In this document: positions 39,927-52,944 of the stretch, one piece after another
Layout: each line of letters begins with the position of its first letter
How positions within the stretch are numbered: position 1 is the first letter of the stretch
The notes under the pieces: generated by a model
What the model was told of the DNA's origin: nothing
The model's database searches: none
Seen by the model: only the letters and a program-made list of their open reading frames with translations
Program-made: the position numbers and the translations under genes
Source of the DNA: Octopus sinensis
Lineage: Eukaryota
Assembly (NCBI RefSeq): GCF_006345805.1
Contig: NC_043019.1
Coordinates: 21,575,360-21,639,359, forward strand
Reading direction: 5' to 3'
Length of the DNA stretch: 64,000 nt

Positions 39927-40290
39927 CTGGAGTACCTTTTCAAACTTCACCCATTTAACACCAGTGGACATATTTACAAAGTAAGAAAACAGCACAGCTC
40001 CCATGACTTCAGGAAACATTTTTTCACGCTGAGAGTTGCTGAAGCATGGAACAAACTGCCAGCATCGGTTGTTAGTTGTCGGAGCACTGCATCCTTCAAA
40101 ACTTCCATGCTTCCTGAGATTCACCAACACCACACTTGATTTTCTCCCCTCCATACACACGCAAGCATGTATCTGACTCATACATTGTTTGCTTTCCAGA
40201 CATTTCTACATTACTGCATGTACTTTATACGCACTTTCTGACAAGTTGTGGTGCACCTGAGCACTGTATACAATAATTTCATTATTATTA
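39927..40290 (+). mobile_element. 5'-truncated CR1-like LINE 3' end with (ATT)n tail
   Basis: Encodes EYLFKLHPFNTSGHIYKVRKQHSSHDFRKHFFTLRVAEAWNKLPASVV..., followed by the same 3' UTR as the copy at 2715-3050. Confidence 0.85.
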
Positions 40291-41145
40291 CAGAGTCAAA
40301 ATTTAAGATTACAGGCTTGGCCCTGTTGCTCTGTAGCCACCAGTAGCCAGGTAGTTTGGCTCTTCTACCATCTACAGATATTAGTATGGCTGTTACACTA
40401 CATTAGGAATGTATTAATGGCATTAACAACGAATACAATACATCCATTGTGTTTTTTAACACCTTCAGCTCTGTAATTGGGGATTTCTTTGATCACACGA
40501 ATGATCGATTGATCACTCTGTCTGTGTGTATGTGTGTGTGTGTGTGTGTGTGTCTCAAAACATACACCCATACACACAAATCTGGAACTTCCCCAAATTG
40601 TTATTCATCCATAAATCATATTATTGTTTTTGTCCCATTTTTCAATAAACATCTGAAGATTGATGAGAAACTCGATTTAATGATTTGCAGAGTTCATTTT
40701 TTTTTTCCTTTTTCATCACTTTGCAATAAATTACAAATCACACTTCTAATAATATCAAGTACTTTCTTCCTGACATTTGTTTACAATCACATCTATCCAT
40801 CCATCTGCTGATTTATCTAGATATCTACTAGCTACGTATGTATTTATTTATTTCTCCATCTATCTGTTTACCTAGCTATATACATATCTATCTATCTACT
40901 ATATCTGTCTGTCTGTCTGTCTGTATGTCTATTTCTCTATCTATCTATCTATCTATCTTATTTATTTGTTTTATTTATTTTTTTTTTTTTGTTCTTTTCT
41001 TCCCTTTTACGATCCCTCTTGATCGAAAACCTACGCCACCCCCTTTTTTTTCTTTTGTTTTTTGTTTTCTTCATCCCCCAAAAGAAAAGCTCTACCTTGT
41101 AACTTGTCCCATCTGTGTGCAGCCCTGTGTGGCCAATAAAGAAAC

Positions 41146-41219
<74 letters not shown>
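41146..41219. repeat. (TATC)n tetranucleotide microsatellite
   Basis: About 18 perfect TATC units. Confidence 0.95.
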
Positions 41220-41910
41220 CAGTGTTATAGTATTATGTCTATCTATGTATATGAAGTGCATAAAAAAAACATGGAAAAATAAAGGAAAAAAAAAACTGGA
41301 AAAAATAATATAAGTATTGATAGAAATCTCTGACACCTTCTTTAGGGTTTACAAGATTAGCTAAAACATAGCGATTGGGAATTCTTTGATAATTGCAAAA
41401 TTCTTCTGAAGAAAACAGAAACACACACACACACACAAAACAGAAGTGATTGATATACCAAGAAAATTTTGTTCTTGTATTTGATTTGACAGACTCTTGA
41501 TGTGGACTTAGGTGTCGAAACATATTTTTGTGTATCTTGGGAAGGTGACTATGCGAATAACTTTCAGACACTGGAGTAAAAAAGACATTAAAATGTCATT
41601 AAACTGTAATCTGATTTGTACCATCCCATAACAAAAAAAACATAGCTAGAGGCCTGTATACACATACACACCTAGATCCTGATGCACATAGACTCACCCC
41701 ACTCCTTAAGCAGAGTCCAGTCAAAAAGACAAGTGCTTACCATACAATAAAGATGTAAAGAAATATACGTTTTACCATCCACACCTTTCACAAAATCCTC
41801 ACCATACACCCATGCATACATTCTCTCTAATACATTTACAGGGTCAACTATACGACACAATCCACAAACCTGAGTGCACATGTGCATAAACATGCACTCA
41901 CTCACACACA

Positions 41911-41945
<35 letters not shown>

Positions 41946-42157
41946 TTCCCTTCTGACACACATTCTTACTCAGATCCATCCAGCTATATAAATATAAAAC
42001 TTAAAAACCAAAAGATTGGAAGACTTGAAGCAGACCTTGAGTAGAGATGGGATGTCACTGGGGAGGTTGTGAATGGCTATAACAGGACTTTAACAAACCT
42101 AAATGATTGATTGATCAAAATGAATGATTAACCAATTGTTTAGTTGATTGGTTAAAT

Positions 42158-42383
42158 ATATTTCTTTATTGCCCACAAGGGGCTAAACATAGAGGGGACA
42201 AACAAAGACAGACAAAGGGATTAAGTCAACTACATCGACCCCAGTGCACAACTGGTACTTTATTTATCGACCCCGAAAGGATGAAAGGCAAAGTCGATCT
42301 CGGCGGTGTTTGAACCCAGAACGTAACGACAGACGAAATACTACTGAGCATTTTGCCCGGCGTGCTAACGTTTCTGCCAGCTC
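42158..42383 (-). mobile_element. SINE family B
   Basis: Reverse complement of 50130-50360. Confidence 0.85.
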
Positions 42384-43114
42384 AGTCAACCAATTAATGA
42401 ATGAATAATAAAGAAGTGAAACAGAACCAGTGTATGTATTTATTATTGGCATAATGACCTCAATTAAGTACCAGTTGCATACTAGGGTCAATCTAATTGA
42501 CTGGCCTCCTCACCAAAAATTTCAGGCCTTGTGCCTAGAGTAGAAAAGATTAATTTTGCAAGATTCTTAATGTAAACTTGAATGTTGAAATGAATTGTGT
42601 AGTATCATGGGAAGCTCATTACCCAAAAATAAATACAAATACACTAGTTCAAATTCACTTCTTTCTTATTAGTTAACTGGTTAGCATCTGACTAATTGAT
42701 TGCTTGCTTAATCACTCACTTACTTAATCACTCAGTTGTTTGTTAAAATCTTTTCCTCACCATTTATGACCTTATCAATGATATGCTTTCTCTACTCCTC
42801 ATCTAGAGAGGGAGTAGGGCCATGTCATTGATGAAGTCACAAATGGCAACAGGACTTTGACAAACCTGGCCACTTGACTGACTGAGTGATTAATCAAACA
42901 ATTGATTAGTTAATTGGTCAATTGTTAACAAACTGACTAATAATATTGATAAAAGAAGTGAAATTGAACCAGTGTGTGTCTATCACTGGCATAATGACCC
43001 TCTCAAGATACAAGATACAACAAAATTATGAAAGATATCGATTCAAACATGAACATTTAAAAATCAATGGATTTTATGTCATAGAATAGAAACTGGGTTA
43101 AAAAATATGTAGAC

Positions 43115-43760
43115 CTAATTCTTATCACTGGTGATAATTCTAGACATGAAGGATGGGTCATCAGTGGCATGCTGACAGTGATATTGAAAGACTTCGGCAT
43201 GATGTTCTTTCTGCTCAGTGATCAGCAGGTAGGGGACAAACTTGGCAGAGACACCCTGCATGTTCAATTCAGACATTAGGATTGCCTGCACAGACTCATA
43301 CGACAAACCAACAACATCAGCAATGTCGTTAATTATCTTCCGAAGATCCTCATGCACAAGCTGGTGAATTTTCTCTACATTACCAGGGGAGACACTCATG
43401 GTAGGTCTTCCAGGGACATTCTTCCTTTTTTCAAAGTGCCTGTGTCACTCAAAACATTGCATATGGCCCATTGCTTCTTCGCTGTTAGCTTGCTGAAGCA
43501 TGTTCAATGTTGCTGTGGCAGACTTCCCAAGTTTAATGCAAAATTTCACATTGGTTTTTTTGTTCCAACTTCCTGTCCATGACAAAATCACAGACTACAG
43601 GCCAAAATATGATCACAAAAACACAGATTTCACAACTTGCGAAGTAAACACAGCGACGTCACTCAGCACACTGCTATCCCTCACTGTGCATGCAACTGTG
43701 TTGCCATCTGTTGGCACACTACAGAACCAGTCCGAAAATTTTTTGATACCACCTTGTGTA
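43115..43760 (-). mobile_element. 3'-truncated mariner (irritans/Himar-like) transposon relic
   Basis: TIR-like end TACACAAGGTGGTATCAAAAAATTTTCGGACTGG. ATG at 43580 gives MDRKLEQ / KTNVKFCIKLGKSATATLNMLQQ...FE*H...GRP...VEKIHQLVHEDLR...VSAKFVP...DPSFMSRIITSD, with a 1-nt frameshift in an A run and a TGA. The sequence stops at the first catalytic Asp. Confidence 0.85.
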
Positions 43761-44514
43761 TATATATTTGTGTGTGTGTGTGTGTGGAGAGAGAGAGAGA
43801 GAGAGAGAAAGAGAGATGTGTATGTATGCAAGCATGTATGTGTGTGTGCATGTACATGTAACTAACCAAACCAAAGAGTGGTTTTGTCACAACAGTAAAT
43901 ACTATGAGAGGTGATGAGGCTGTTAACATAAAGGTCAACTCCAGTTGACCTTTTATACCAACAGTCTTGATCTAATTTCTTTATTATATGAGATTGTCCA
44001 CCTCTTTTTTTTCACAACCTCAAGCTATGTCATATTTTCTTTCAGAAAAAAAATCTAGTGCAGTATTTCTTTTAAAATATATTAAAAGGAAAAGGGCAAG
44101 ATGTGTAACGCTACCTGTGATTCACCCCAGAATGAGTCAATTGATTTTATGAATAGCTTGCTAATTACATTTATTTTATTTATTTATCCTTATTTATTTG
44201 TTTTCTTCTTTTATTTAAGACAGTTTTTTTTCCCCTGAAGTTTTAATAAATTTATTTGGCATTTTTCAGTCAAGAAAGAAAAAAAGAGAAATTCTTAAAA
44301 TTCAAGCTAGTTCGAAAATCATTAACAAAAGTTACATGTTTTGCTTCTAGTGAAGGTTATGTAGGTTACTATGGAAACTGATATCATACACTAAACATAG
44401 ATGGTACTATACACACACACAGACATACATGGTTCAAATATACAGAAAACATACACACTTTGGTAACTAATATCTTACACTAAACATAGATGGTATCATA
44501 CACACACACACACA

Positions 44515-44570
<56 letters not shown>

Positions 44571-44836
44571 GGTGTTTTCAAAGCGATGAATAGCTTTTTG
44601 CAGAAACCATGGTTCGCTTTGTTTTCTTACATTATTATCATCTTATAATCATCTCTAATAATGACTCTTATGACTACCTCAGTCCATCTAATTGTATATA
44701 TTTGTCGTTATCTGTCATAAAAAGCCTTTTTTTATTTGCAATGTGCATTTTCGTTGATTTTTTTATATTTTACCCTTTTACGTTTTCTTTTTGTAACATA
44801 TTTCTACTATATATATTATATATATATATAATATAT

Positions 44837-44882
<46 letters not shown>

Positions 44883-45180
44883 AAAGAGGGACACTCAGTA
44901 ACAGTTCTTTAAAGTAATGGGTATTTGTACAATGTGGGAGTGTTGAACTCTCTATTTGAAAATATAAGGACACAGATATTGTGTTGTATAGCCAGCTAGA
45001 AATGATGTTTCTTGGGGCTAAAACAACAGTAACATTGTCCCTTCCAGGACAGCCACATTATGTTGGCAGATAGCTTCTACTATATATATACGTTTAAATA
45101 ACACTGAAGCAAAGTAACACCAAATATATAGTGCGTGTGTGTTTTTATTGGCTAAACTGGCAAAATGACCATTCCTAAAT

Positions 45181-45248
<68 letters not shown>

Positions 45249-45379
45249 TTTTTCGTAATGAGATAAATAACCAAGGCTGTGTAGATTTTAGAACATTTAT
45301 AGACAGAAGGTCTTACAGCTGTTTCCAGGATATTTATTATATCCTTTCACACACACACACATGTATATATGATACCATC

Positions 45380-45672
45380 ATGTGAATGCACCTGACTGAG
45401 AGGTTAGGGTGTTATTCTCACAACTGCGAGATTGTGGTTTTGATTCCTAGGCTGAGTGTTATGGTGTGTTCTTTAGTAAAACACTTCATGTCATGTTACG
45501 TCGCAATCATTTGACCTGTTGCACGTCGTGCACCTGTACAGGTAATGTCAATTTGATGGAGAGAGTGAGCTTATGTGAAAACAAACATTTGATCCCTATA
45601 AACAAATCAACTGTGTGGTTGTTCAGCCAGGAAGTGCAAAACCTTCATACATCATCCAATGATGGGAGTGTC
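45380..45672 (+). mobile_element. SINE family E
   Basis: Matches 3107-3408. Confidence 0.65.
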
Positions 45673-45906
45673 CATGGTGTGTGTATATAACTAATATATG
45701 TTTTCTTTTTGAGTGCACAGCTTGATGGGGACAGCTAATGTATTTAATTAGGACTGTGGGTCCAGCCATATGTACATTATTCTGATAGAGGCGGGTATGG
45801 GAGTAGAAGCATGTAGTGCATGGCATTAAGATTTGTTTAAGTGTGATTACTGTTGTAATTACTACAGCAGAATAATGTTGGAGATAAGCCTTTAATTTCA
45901 AGAATT

Positions 45907-46134
45907 TTAACCCTTTAACATTTGGACCTGCTGCATCTGGTTAAAATATTCTACCTGGTTTATCTTCCAACTGGTCAAATCTGGCCTTTCACATCTAGCC
46001 TACAGTATCATTTTAAAAATAAACAATCACATTATTGGAATCTCAAAAATTTGAAATAAAGCATGATTTATTTAAAATGATGTGAATACATAAGTATTAC
46101 ATTTGACAGGCTAATCTGAATGCTAAAGGGTTGA
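45907..46134. mobile_element. TTAA-flanked piggyBac-like MITE
   Basis: TTAACCCTTTAACATT ... AATGCTAAAGGGTTGA; same family as 10625-10854. Confidence 0.75.
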
Positions 46135-47512
46135 TATGATAGTCATTATGGCAAAGTAAAGGGAAATGAACCAGTATTTTCTTATGGATAATTGTAGTTC
46201 TTTCTGTAAGAAGCAGTAGATAACTCAAAGTAGGAGTGATAAATGTATAACAATGACTATAATTTTCAACAATGTTTCCCTTCTATGACAGCACATCTTT
46301 CATTTTCAAGGTAGCATAGAATCATTTGAGGAAAATATGGTTGTTATTTCTAGCAGGTCATGTGGCAAAGTAGAAATTTCCTTGTTAACTTATTTGCAAC
46401 TGTTGCTGTTGTTGTCACTGTTTAACCCCAGGTCTGTTCTGATTGAGTAGGCCCATAATCAAGTATTCCAAACATGACAATCCTGTCTTTCAGACATCAG
46501 ACAGAATGCATCTATGGCAAGAAGCAGATTTAGCTGGTATTTCTTGCTGATTGAGCAACCACATAGACGGCTCCCCTTCTATGTCCTGTTGATTCTCATC
46601 ATTATCTCAGTGGTTCCTCATCATTACTAGGTTGACTGGCTGTGGCTTACCATAAAACTTAAGCAGAATCTAATTGTTTATTAATGAAATTGAATTTTCA
46701 CTCTGAGACAAAATAAAACAAAAAAAGATAAAAAATAAAAATTACAATCCAGTAATTAGTCCAATCAATCATTTCACTCAAGACTTTCTCAATCAAATAG
46801 TCACACTACATCAAGAAACATACAGAAATCTTCAGTCAATAAATAATTAAAAATATAAATTAAAAAATTTAGGTCAGTGATTTGAAAAAGGTATTTGGGA
46901 AGCAAATTGAATTTATCTATAGAAAAAGTAAAATAAATAAATCTGTTGAAAGTGGAATATTTTAAAAATTAGGTTTTCCAACATTATTGATGATTGATTA
47001 TATAAAATATTGAATTTTCAGACAATAGTTATGGCTCAGCATTTCAAGCTATGGCTGCTACTATTCATTATATATATCTTATAGGCGAAGGCATGGTTGT
47101 GTTGTTAAGATTCTCACTTTGCAACCCTGTGGTTTTGGGATCAATCCCACTGTGTGGCATTTTGGACAAGTGTATTCTACTACCGCCTTGGACCAACCAA
47201 TGTCTTGTGAGTCAATTTGGTAAATGGAAACTGTGCAGAAGCCCACTTGTACATAGATGCATATATATCATCATCATCATTTAATGTCTGCTTTCCATGC
47301 CAGTATAAGGCTGGATGTTTCAACAGGAGCTGGAGAGTCGGAGAGCTACATCAGACCCCAATTGTCTGTATCGGCATGGTTTCTACAGCTGGACACCCTT
47401 CTTAATGCCAACCACTTTACAGAGTGTACTGGGTGCCTTTTACATAATGTGTATGTTTTACATAATGTGCGTGTGCCCTCACCATCATCACTTGACAACT
47501 GGTTTGGTTTGT

Positions 47513-47740
47513 TTAACCCTTTAGCATTCAAACTGGCCATATCCGGCCAAAATATTTAACCTGTTTTATATTGAAACTGACCAGATCTCGCCTCTCACCT
47601 CAGCCCTACCATGTCGTTCTAAAACTAAAAAATCACATCACTGAAATCTCTAAACTAAAAGATAATGCATGATTAATTCAAAACACTATAAACAAACAAA
47701 TATCACATTTGACAGAATAATCTGAACACAAAAGGGTTAA
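47513..47740. mobile_element. TTAA-flanked piggyBac-like MITE
   Basis: TTAACCCTTTAGCATT ... AAAGGGTTAA; same family as 10625-10854. Confidence 0.75.
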
Positions 47741-48738
47741 ATCAGCAAAAAAGACCAACAGAATTAGTACCAAATTAAAAACAATAAATACTGGTACAGA
47801 TTTGTTTCACTAAACTTTTTCAATGACAGAAACAATAAATAGATAAAAGATCTAAAAAGAAAAACAGAAAGAAAAATGTTAAATGAATTGAATAAGTCTT
47901 TTTAGCAGTTTCTTTTCCAATATGTATATTGTGAGTGGATTTGGAAAACAGAAACTGAGAGAAGCCTGTCGTATATATATATATGTATATATTAATGTGT
48001 GCCTGTGTTCACTGATTCTTGATCTCTTACCAAATATTTGGTGGCCTTACTAGCTGATGTCAGAAAAACCAGCACAATAAAAAAACTTAGCTGTGTGTGG
48101 GTCAAGGAAGGCATAGAGGCCTTTAGCATTTAGGCATGGCACATGAAGAGGAATAAGATCTCTCAAAACAGAAACTTGCAGTAGCAGCAGATTAAAGACT
48201 CTTAATGGATATCTGATCTGTCAGAGCAGTGAAACTGGCATTTTCCTGTCTTAAAAACAACAGGTGCACGTAGGATAGTGTAATCTTAGATACCATCTGA
48301 AGCGACACACATTTAAGTGCCATTGATGATAAGCTAGGCCAATCAGGGTTGACCAGGAGGTAAACAGTCAATCAGCAATAGCAAATACTTCTCTAAACCA
48401 AACTTATTCTCTTTATTGAATAAACCAAGAATTCTCAATCAAATATTCCAGCAATCGATTTGGCTTGGGAATTGAATACAAAGTTCTGCTGAATCAAGAA
48501 AAATTGACTACTTTATATATACACACATACTCATATACACCTAAGTATATATAGCTCTCTCTCACTCTCTCTCCCTATATATATATATATATATATATAT
48601 CCATACATACATACAGAAACAACAAACTTCGAAAAGTGGGCCTTAAAACGATAACGAGGATATAATTTCAATAACTTTGGTTTTGGCCATTATTAGCCCA
48701 GACCATATCTAACTTAATACATACAAAGATATCCTATA

Positions 48739-48772
<34 letters not shown>

Positions 48773-50129
48773 TCTATATACAAAGACAAACTTCTATATT
48801 TATAATATACACAGACACACAATCAATATACATATACACATATATACACACATGTCTGTATATGATATCACATACACACATCTATATACATATATGTATG
48901 GAATTGAGTAATGTAATGTAATTCGTTGTGTATGTATGTATATAATTTCTGAAATATTCTTAGTCAAAATACATTTTCGGGATGGGTGAATGAATGGATG
49001 AGTGTGTGGGCGAAGATCCCTCTCCCTACCCACTTCCTTACTTTTCCATTTTTTTTTTTTTTTTTTTGATTTTTCAAAATCTTTCAAAAAATTTGCATTA
49101 AAAAATACAGAATAAGTTAAAAATGAAAGACAAAAAGGAAATAAAAAAAAATTTATCCATTTCTTAAAAATTTGCAAACATAAATCAATAAATTATTTGC
49201 TGGCTGGTGACTAAAAATGCTGTAGGCTGTGAGAAACAACTACATTATGACTATTGACTAAACAAGCAGAAGAGATCACACAGAATATTATAGATATTCC
49301 AAGAGGAAACTTTCCTCTGATGAGGCTTAGAGTAAATATGGCTTTTGTGGTATTTTTTGCTTTGTTTGTACAGGCTTTTGTTACACTATTTTTGGTTTGT
49401 TTTCTTGCTTTTTTTTTTCCTCATTTTCTTCTCTCTCTTTTTTAAAAATTCTTTCTTCCTTTCTAACTCTCTGTCTCTTTTCTGAAATGGTTTTTACATG
49501 GGGGGTAAAAAAAATGGGTGACTTGTATCCTACTAGCCTCACTGAAAATAACCTAAGTAGATATCAGCCATCACAGTTAATCATTTCATAAGTACTACCT
49601 TCTGCTATATTTGTAAGTACTATCCTCATTTATGCACACACACATAAAAGGGGAAAAAAAAAGACCCCTTCCTTTAACAACCCCCATAATACTTAAGCTT
49701 ATGAAAGAAATAAAAAGAAAAAAAGGAGAAAAAAGATTCTATTAGGAAGATCAATACATGCACAAGTTTTAGGAAATGCACAGAAAGTAATTTTATTTTA
49801 TTCAGGTGTTGCGTATATAGGATAGCCAAAAGAATAGAAAATTTAAAATGAGGGTATTGTTATTGTTGTTCAGCTAAAATCTGAGCCTGATTGAGCAAGC
49901 ATATATTCAAAAGGGTTCCAGTCATGATCATACTGATTTTTCATATATCAGAGATTATATTGTCTAATGTATACTTAAGTAGGGTGTAAATTGAGGGAGA
50001 TTTAGCAGCTATTTCTAACAACCAAAGCAACTACATAGAGACTCTCCTCACTGGAACCATTTTGTATCATGGTCTTTGGTCTGCTAAGGATCCTTCTCTT
50101 TTATCTCTTTTGTATATTTTATATATAAA

Positions 50130-50360
50130 GGCGGCGAGCTGGCAGAATCGTTAGCACGCCGGGCGAAATGTGTAGCCATATCTCGTCTGCCGTTACATTC
50201 TGAGTTCAAATTCCGCCGAGGTCGACTTTGCCTTTCATCCTTTAAGGGTTGATAAATTAAGTACCAGTTTTGCACTGGGGTCAATGTAATTGACTTAATC
50301 CCTTTGTCTGTCCTTTTTTGTCCCCTCTATGTTTAGCCCATTGTGGGCAATAAAGAAATA
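50130..50360 (+). mobile_element. SINE family B, near full-length
   Basis: GGCGGCGAGCTGGCAGAATCGTTAGC...GAGTTCAAATTCC (B box)...TTTCATCCTTT..GGGTTGATAAATTAAGTACCAG; the central motif resembles the recalled Deu/Nin-type conserved SINE domain. Many copies occur in the window. Confidence 0.85.
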
Positions 50361-51004
50361 TTTATATATTTTAGCACTTGAGCTATTGCAGTTATTAGGT
50401 ATTCCACTTGAGTTGGGACAGGAGACAGCCATGCCTGCATATGTGAATGTTATTGTTGTCATGGTATCAGATTCATCAGAAATTAAATGAGCAGCAATAT
50501 CCTAGAAAAGTACCAATTCGTAGCAAATTGGTGGGATTGCAATCCAACACCAGAAGAAGCCAGACCAATAAGGGTCTCTTGTCACTGGATCTTTTTTCAG
50601 TGAAGTTGTAGCTTAGCTCTGGCATGGATCAAGGCCATTTGGTATCTGAATCGTTGCCAGGTACTCATGGCATTCTACCAGTTGGTTGGTTGGTAGAACC
50701 AAACCTTGCACTCTATAATGAGTTGAGGGTGTGAATGATGATTGCCAAGGAACTATTCATGACAACAGAAGTCAATATGAGAGGTCACGACCAGAGACTT
50801 CAAGGTCAGCATTTTTAAGCTGTATTCTTCACCTGGTTGTAGTGGTGGTGGTACAAGTGGGGTGGTGGCTTAGCATGTTTTGGATTAACTTCACAGGCAA
50901 GCCATGTTGGAGATATCAGTAATATAACTTGTTCAAATGTGCCCAGGTTCACAAAACAATTTTGACAGGCCTTTTCCTTCACTCATCTCCTTGATCACCT
51001 TAGC

Positions 51005-51295
51005 TACTATCTATCTAGCTATCTATTCGCTCAGTTGAAGTTGACTCTCGGTCACTCGTTGGATCAGTGTCCTCCAGTCAGTTCTATCCTGGGCCGCTTC
51101 TTTCAGATTGGCTATGTCCACTCAGGTATCACTCTTGATGGTGTCAAGCCAGCGGGTTCTTGGTCGGCCTCTTCCTCTCTTGCCACTGACCATTCCGAGC
51201 ATGATGTCCTTCTCCAGGGATTTTCTCTGCATAATATGACCAAAATATGCCAATCTATGCTTCTAGCGACATTTTCGGCCTGATCTGCTTAAGAA
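51005..51295 (-). mobile_element. RTE-BovB-like LINE 3' end
   Basis: Encodes KQIRPKMSLEA / LAYFGHIMQRKSLEKDIMLGMVSGKRGRGRPRTRWLDTIKSD...LKEAAQDRTDWRTLIQRVTESQLQLSE*, then a short GATA tail. YFGH and GRGRP..RW.D are typical RTE C-terminal motifs. Confidence 0.85.
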
Positions 51296-51610
51296 TTTCT
51301 CTATTAGCTACTATGCTGCTGTCAAATTGAACTGCTAGTCCCTCTGTAGAGTCAGCAGAAAGTAGCCCCTCTTTATTCCATGCATTCTCTACACTCAGCA
51401 GCCACTCATAATAACACTTCCATGCCACTTTCTTGTCTTTCATATTGATGGTGAGTATGCCTTCATCATTCTGCATAAACTTCTCACCAATGACATCTCA
51501 GTTCACCTCATGCCTCCAATCCTCATGCTGCAAGACATGTGCAAATTTCTCCCTGCCTCACCTTTGGCCAAACATACCTGTTGCCATGCTGCTCTCCAAA
51601 CCATTTGGTA
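51296..51610 (-). mobile_element. Degraded RTE LINE fragment (endonuclease-RT linker)
   Basis: Encodes EKFAHVLQHED...DVIGEKFMQNDEGILTI..KDKKVAWKCYYEWLLSVENAW..E...DSTEGLAVQFDSS, resembling the RTE pre-RT AW..HY..LLNVEN.W region. Confidence 0.65.
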
Positions 51611-51986
51611 ACACTACCACACACACACACACACTAGATATTTTATGGCATGTAATTTAGCAGTTAACCATTTATTGGCTCATTTTCTTTTTCTTTCTTT
51701 TTGTTTTGCATCATATATTATCTGTTACTTTGACATCATGGTTGAGTTGGTGGTTTAAGTTATATAAAGAACAAAATACTTCATTCCAGCTATAAAATGT
51801 CTGCTCAGAAAATTCAGATAAATTTATAAATCCCCTTTTATCTACCCTGGCAATGCTTCACCCCCATCTGCTCCCATAATACCTTCACCTATACATTCAC
51901 TTTCCTGTTGACCTATGCATGCATGCATGCATAAAGAAACAACAAGAAAATAGTCAATAATAAACATACACACATTCATATAAATA

Positions 51987-52033
<47 letters not shown>

Positions 52034-52598
52034 GAAAGGCAAAATATGAATAAATTACTCTGTGAAATACAATAACAATATCAAAGGAGAGAAATACTAA
52101 AGGTAGTTTCATAAACAGCTTGAAAGAAATGAAAATATTAATTCACACACACACTTCCCATATGTGTATGTGTATATCTATGTTCTAAGATGCTTACAGT
52201 ATGCGTATGTTTGTGCATGCGTGCACGCATAAAAGAGACACAAATAGATAATGAGGGACACTATATGTATATGCATGTGTTTTTCAATACATATGTATAT
52301 AAAAAGAGATAATGATAAATGGTGAAAGAGATATCAGGCTCTGGGATAAGTACATTTTATTTGTAAACATCTGTTTCACATAGGACAGATATATAGAAAA
52401 CTGAAATACACACACACACACACATGCAAATGTCATTTTTCAAGATGCTCAAAAGACTTATTTTCAAACTTCTCAAACAAACTTCAAACAAGCTAAACAT
52501 ACACATACAACACAACACACACATTGTCTTCGTATGGGTTACAAGCATGGATGTGTGGTAAAAAAAGTTTGCTTTGTATCCATAGGTTCAAACTCACT

Positions 52599-52944
52599 TT
52601 AACCCTTTCGTTACTGTATTTATTTTGAGATCCTCATTGTTTCTTTCAATTACATCCAGCCGTAGAAACATTGCCAGATCAGACTGGGCCTGGTGCAGCC
52701 TTCTGGCCTCCCAGACCCCAGTTGAACCGTCCAACCCATGCTAGCATGGAAAGCGGACGCTAAATGATGATGATGATGATAACAAAGAATTTAGTAAAAT
52801 AACTTAGTTATCATTAAGCTAGTGTTAGGAACATAAAGTGTGACTAAGGTTTGGTGGAAAATTTTAATTCAAAACTTATGGAAACAAAACATTTGTACTC
52901 AGAGCCAGAGCCGGTTTCAGCTGGGTTGGTAACGAAAGGGTTAA
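52599..52944. mobile_element. Second TTAA-flanked MITE family, interrupted by a family-D retroposon tail
   Basis: Perfect 16-bp terminal inverted repeat TTAACCCTTTCGTTAC ... GTAACGAAAGGGTTAA; a family-D tail sits inside at about 52652-52779. Confidence 0.75.

Noticed and set aside
41330-41407. Possible phase 1-1 exon (minus strand) EFCNYQRIPNRYVLANLVNPKE after a strong acceptor
   Set aside because: The phase would fit the 36784 exon, but the donor (GTGTCA) is poor and the peptide is not recognisable.
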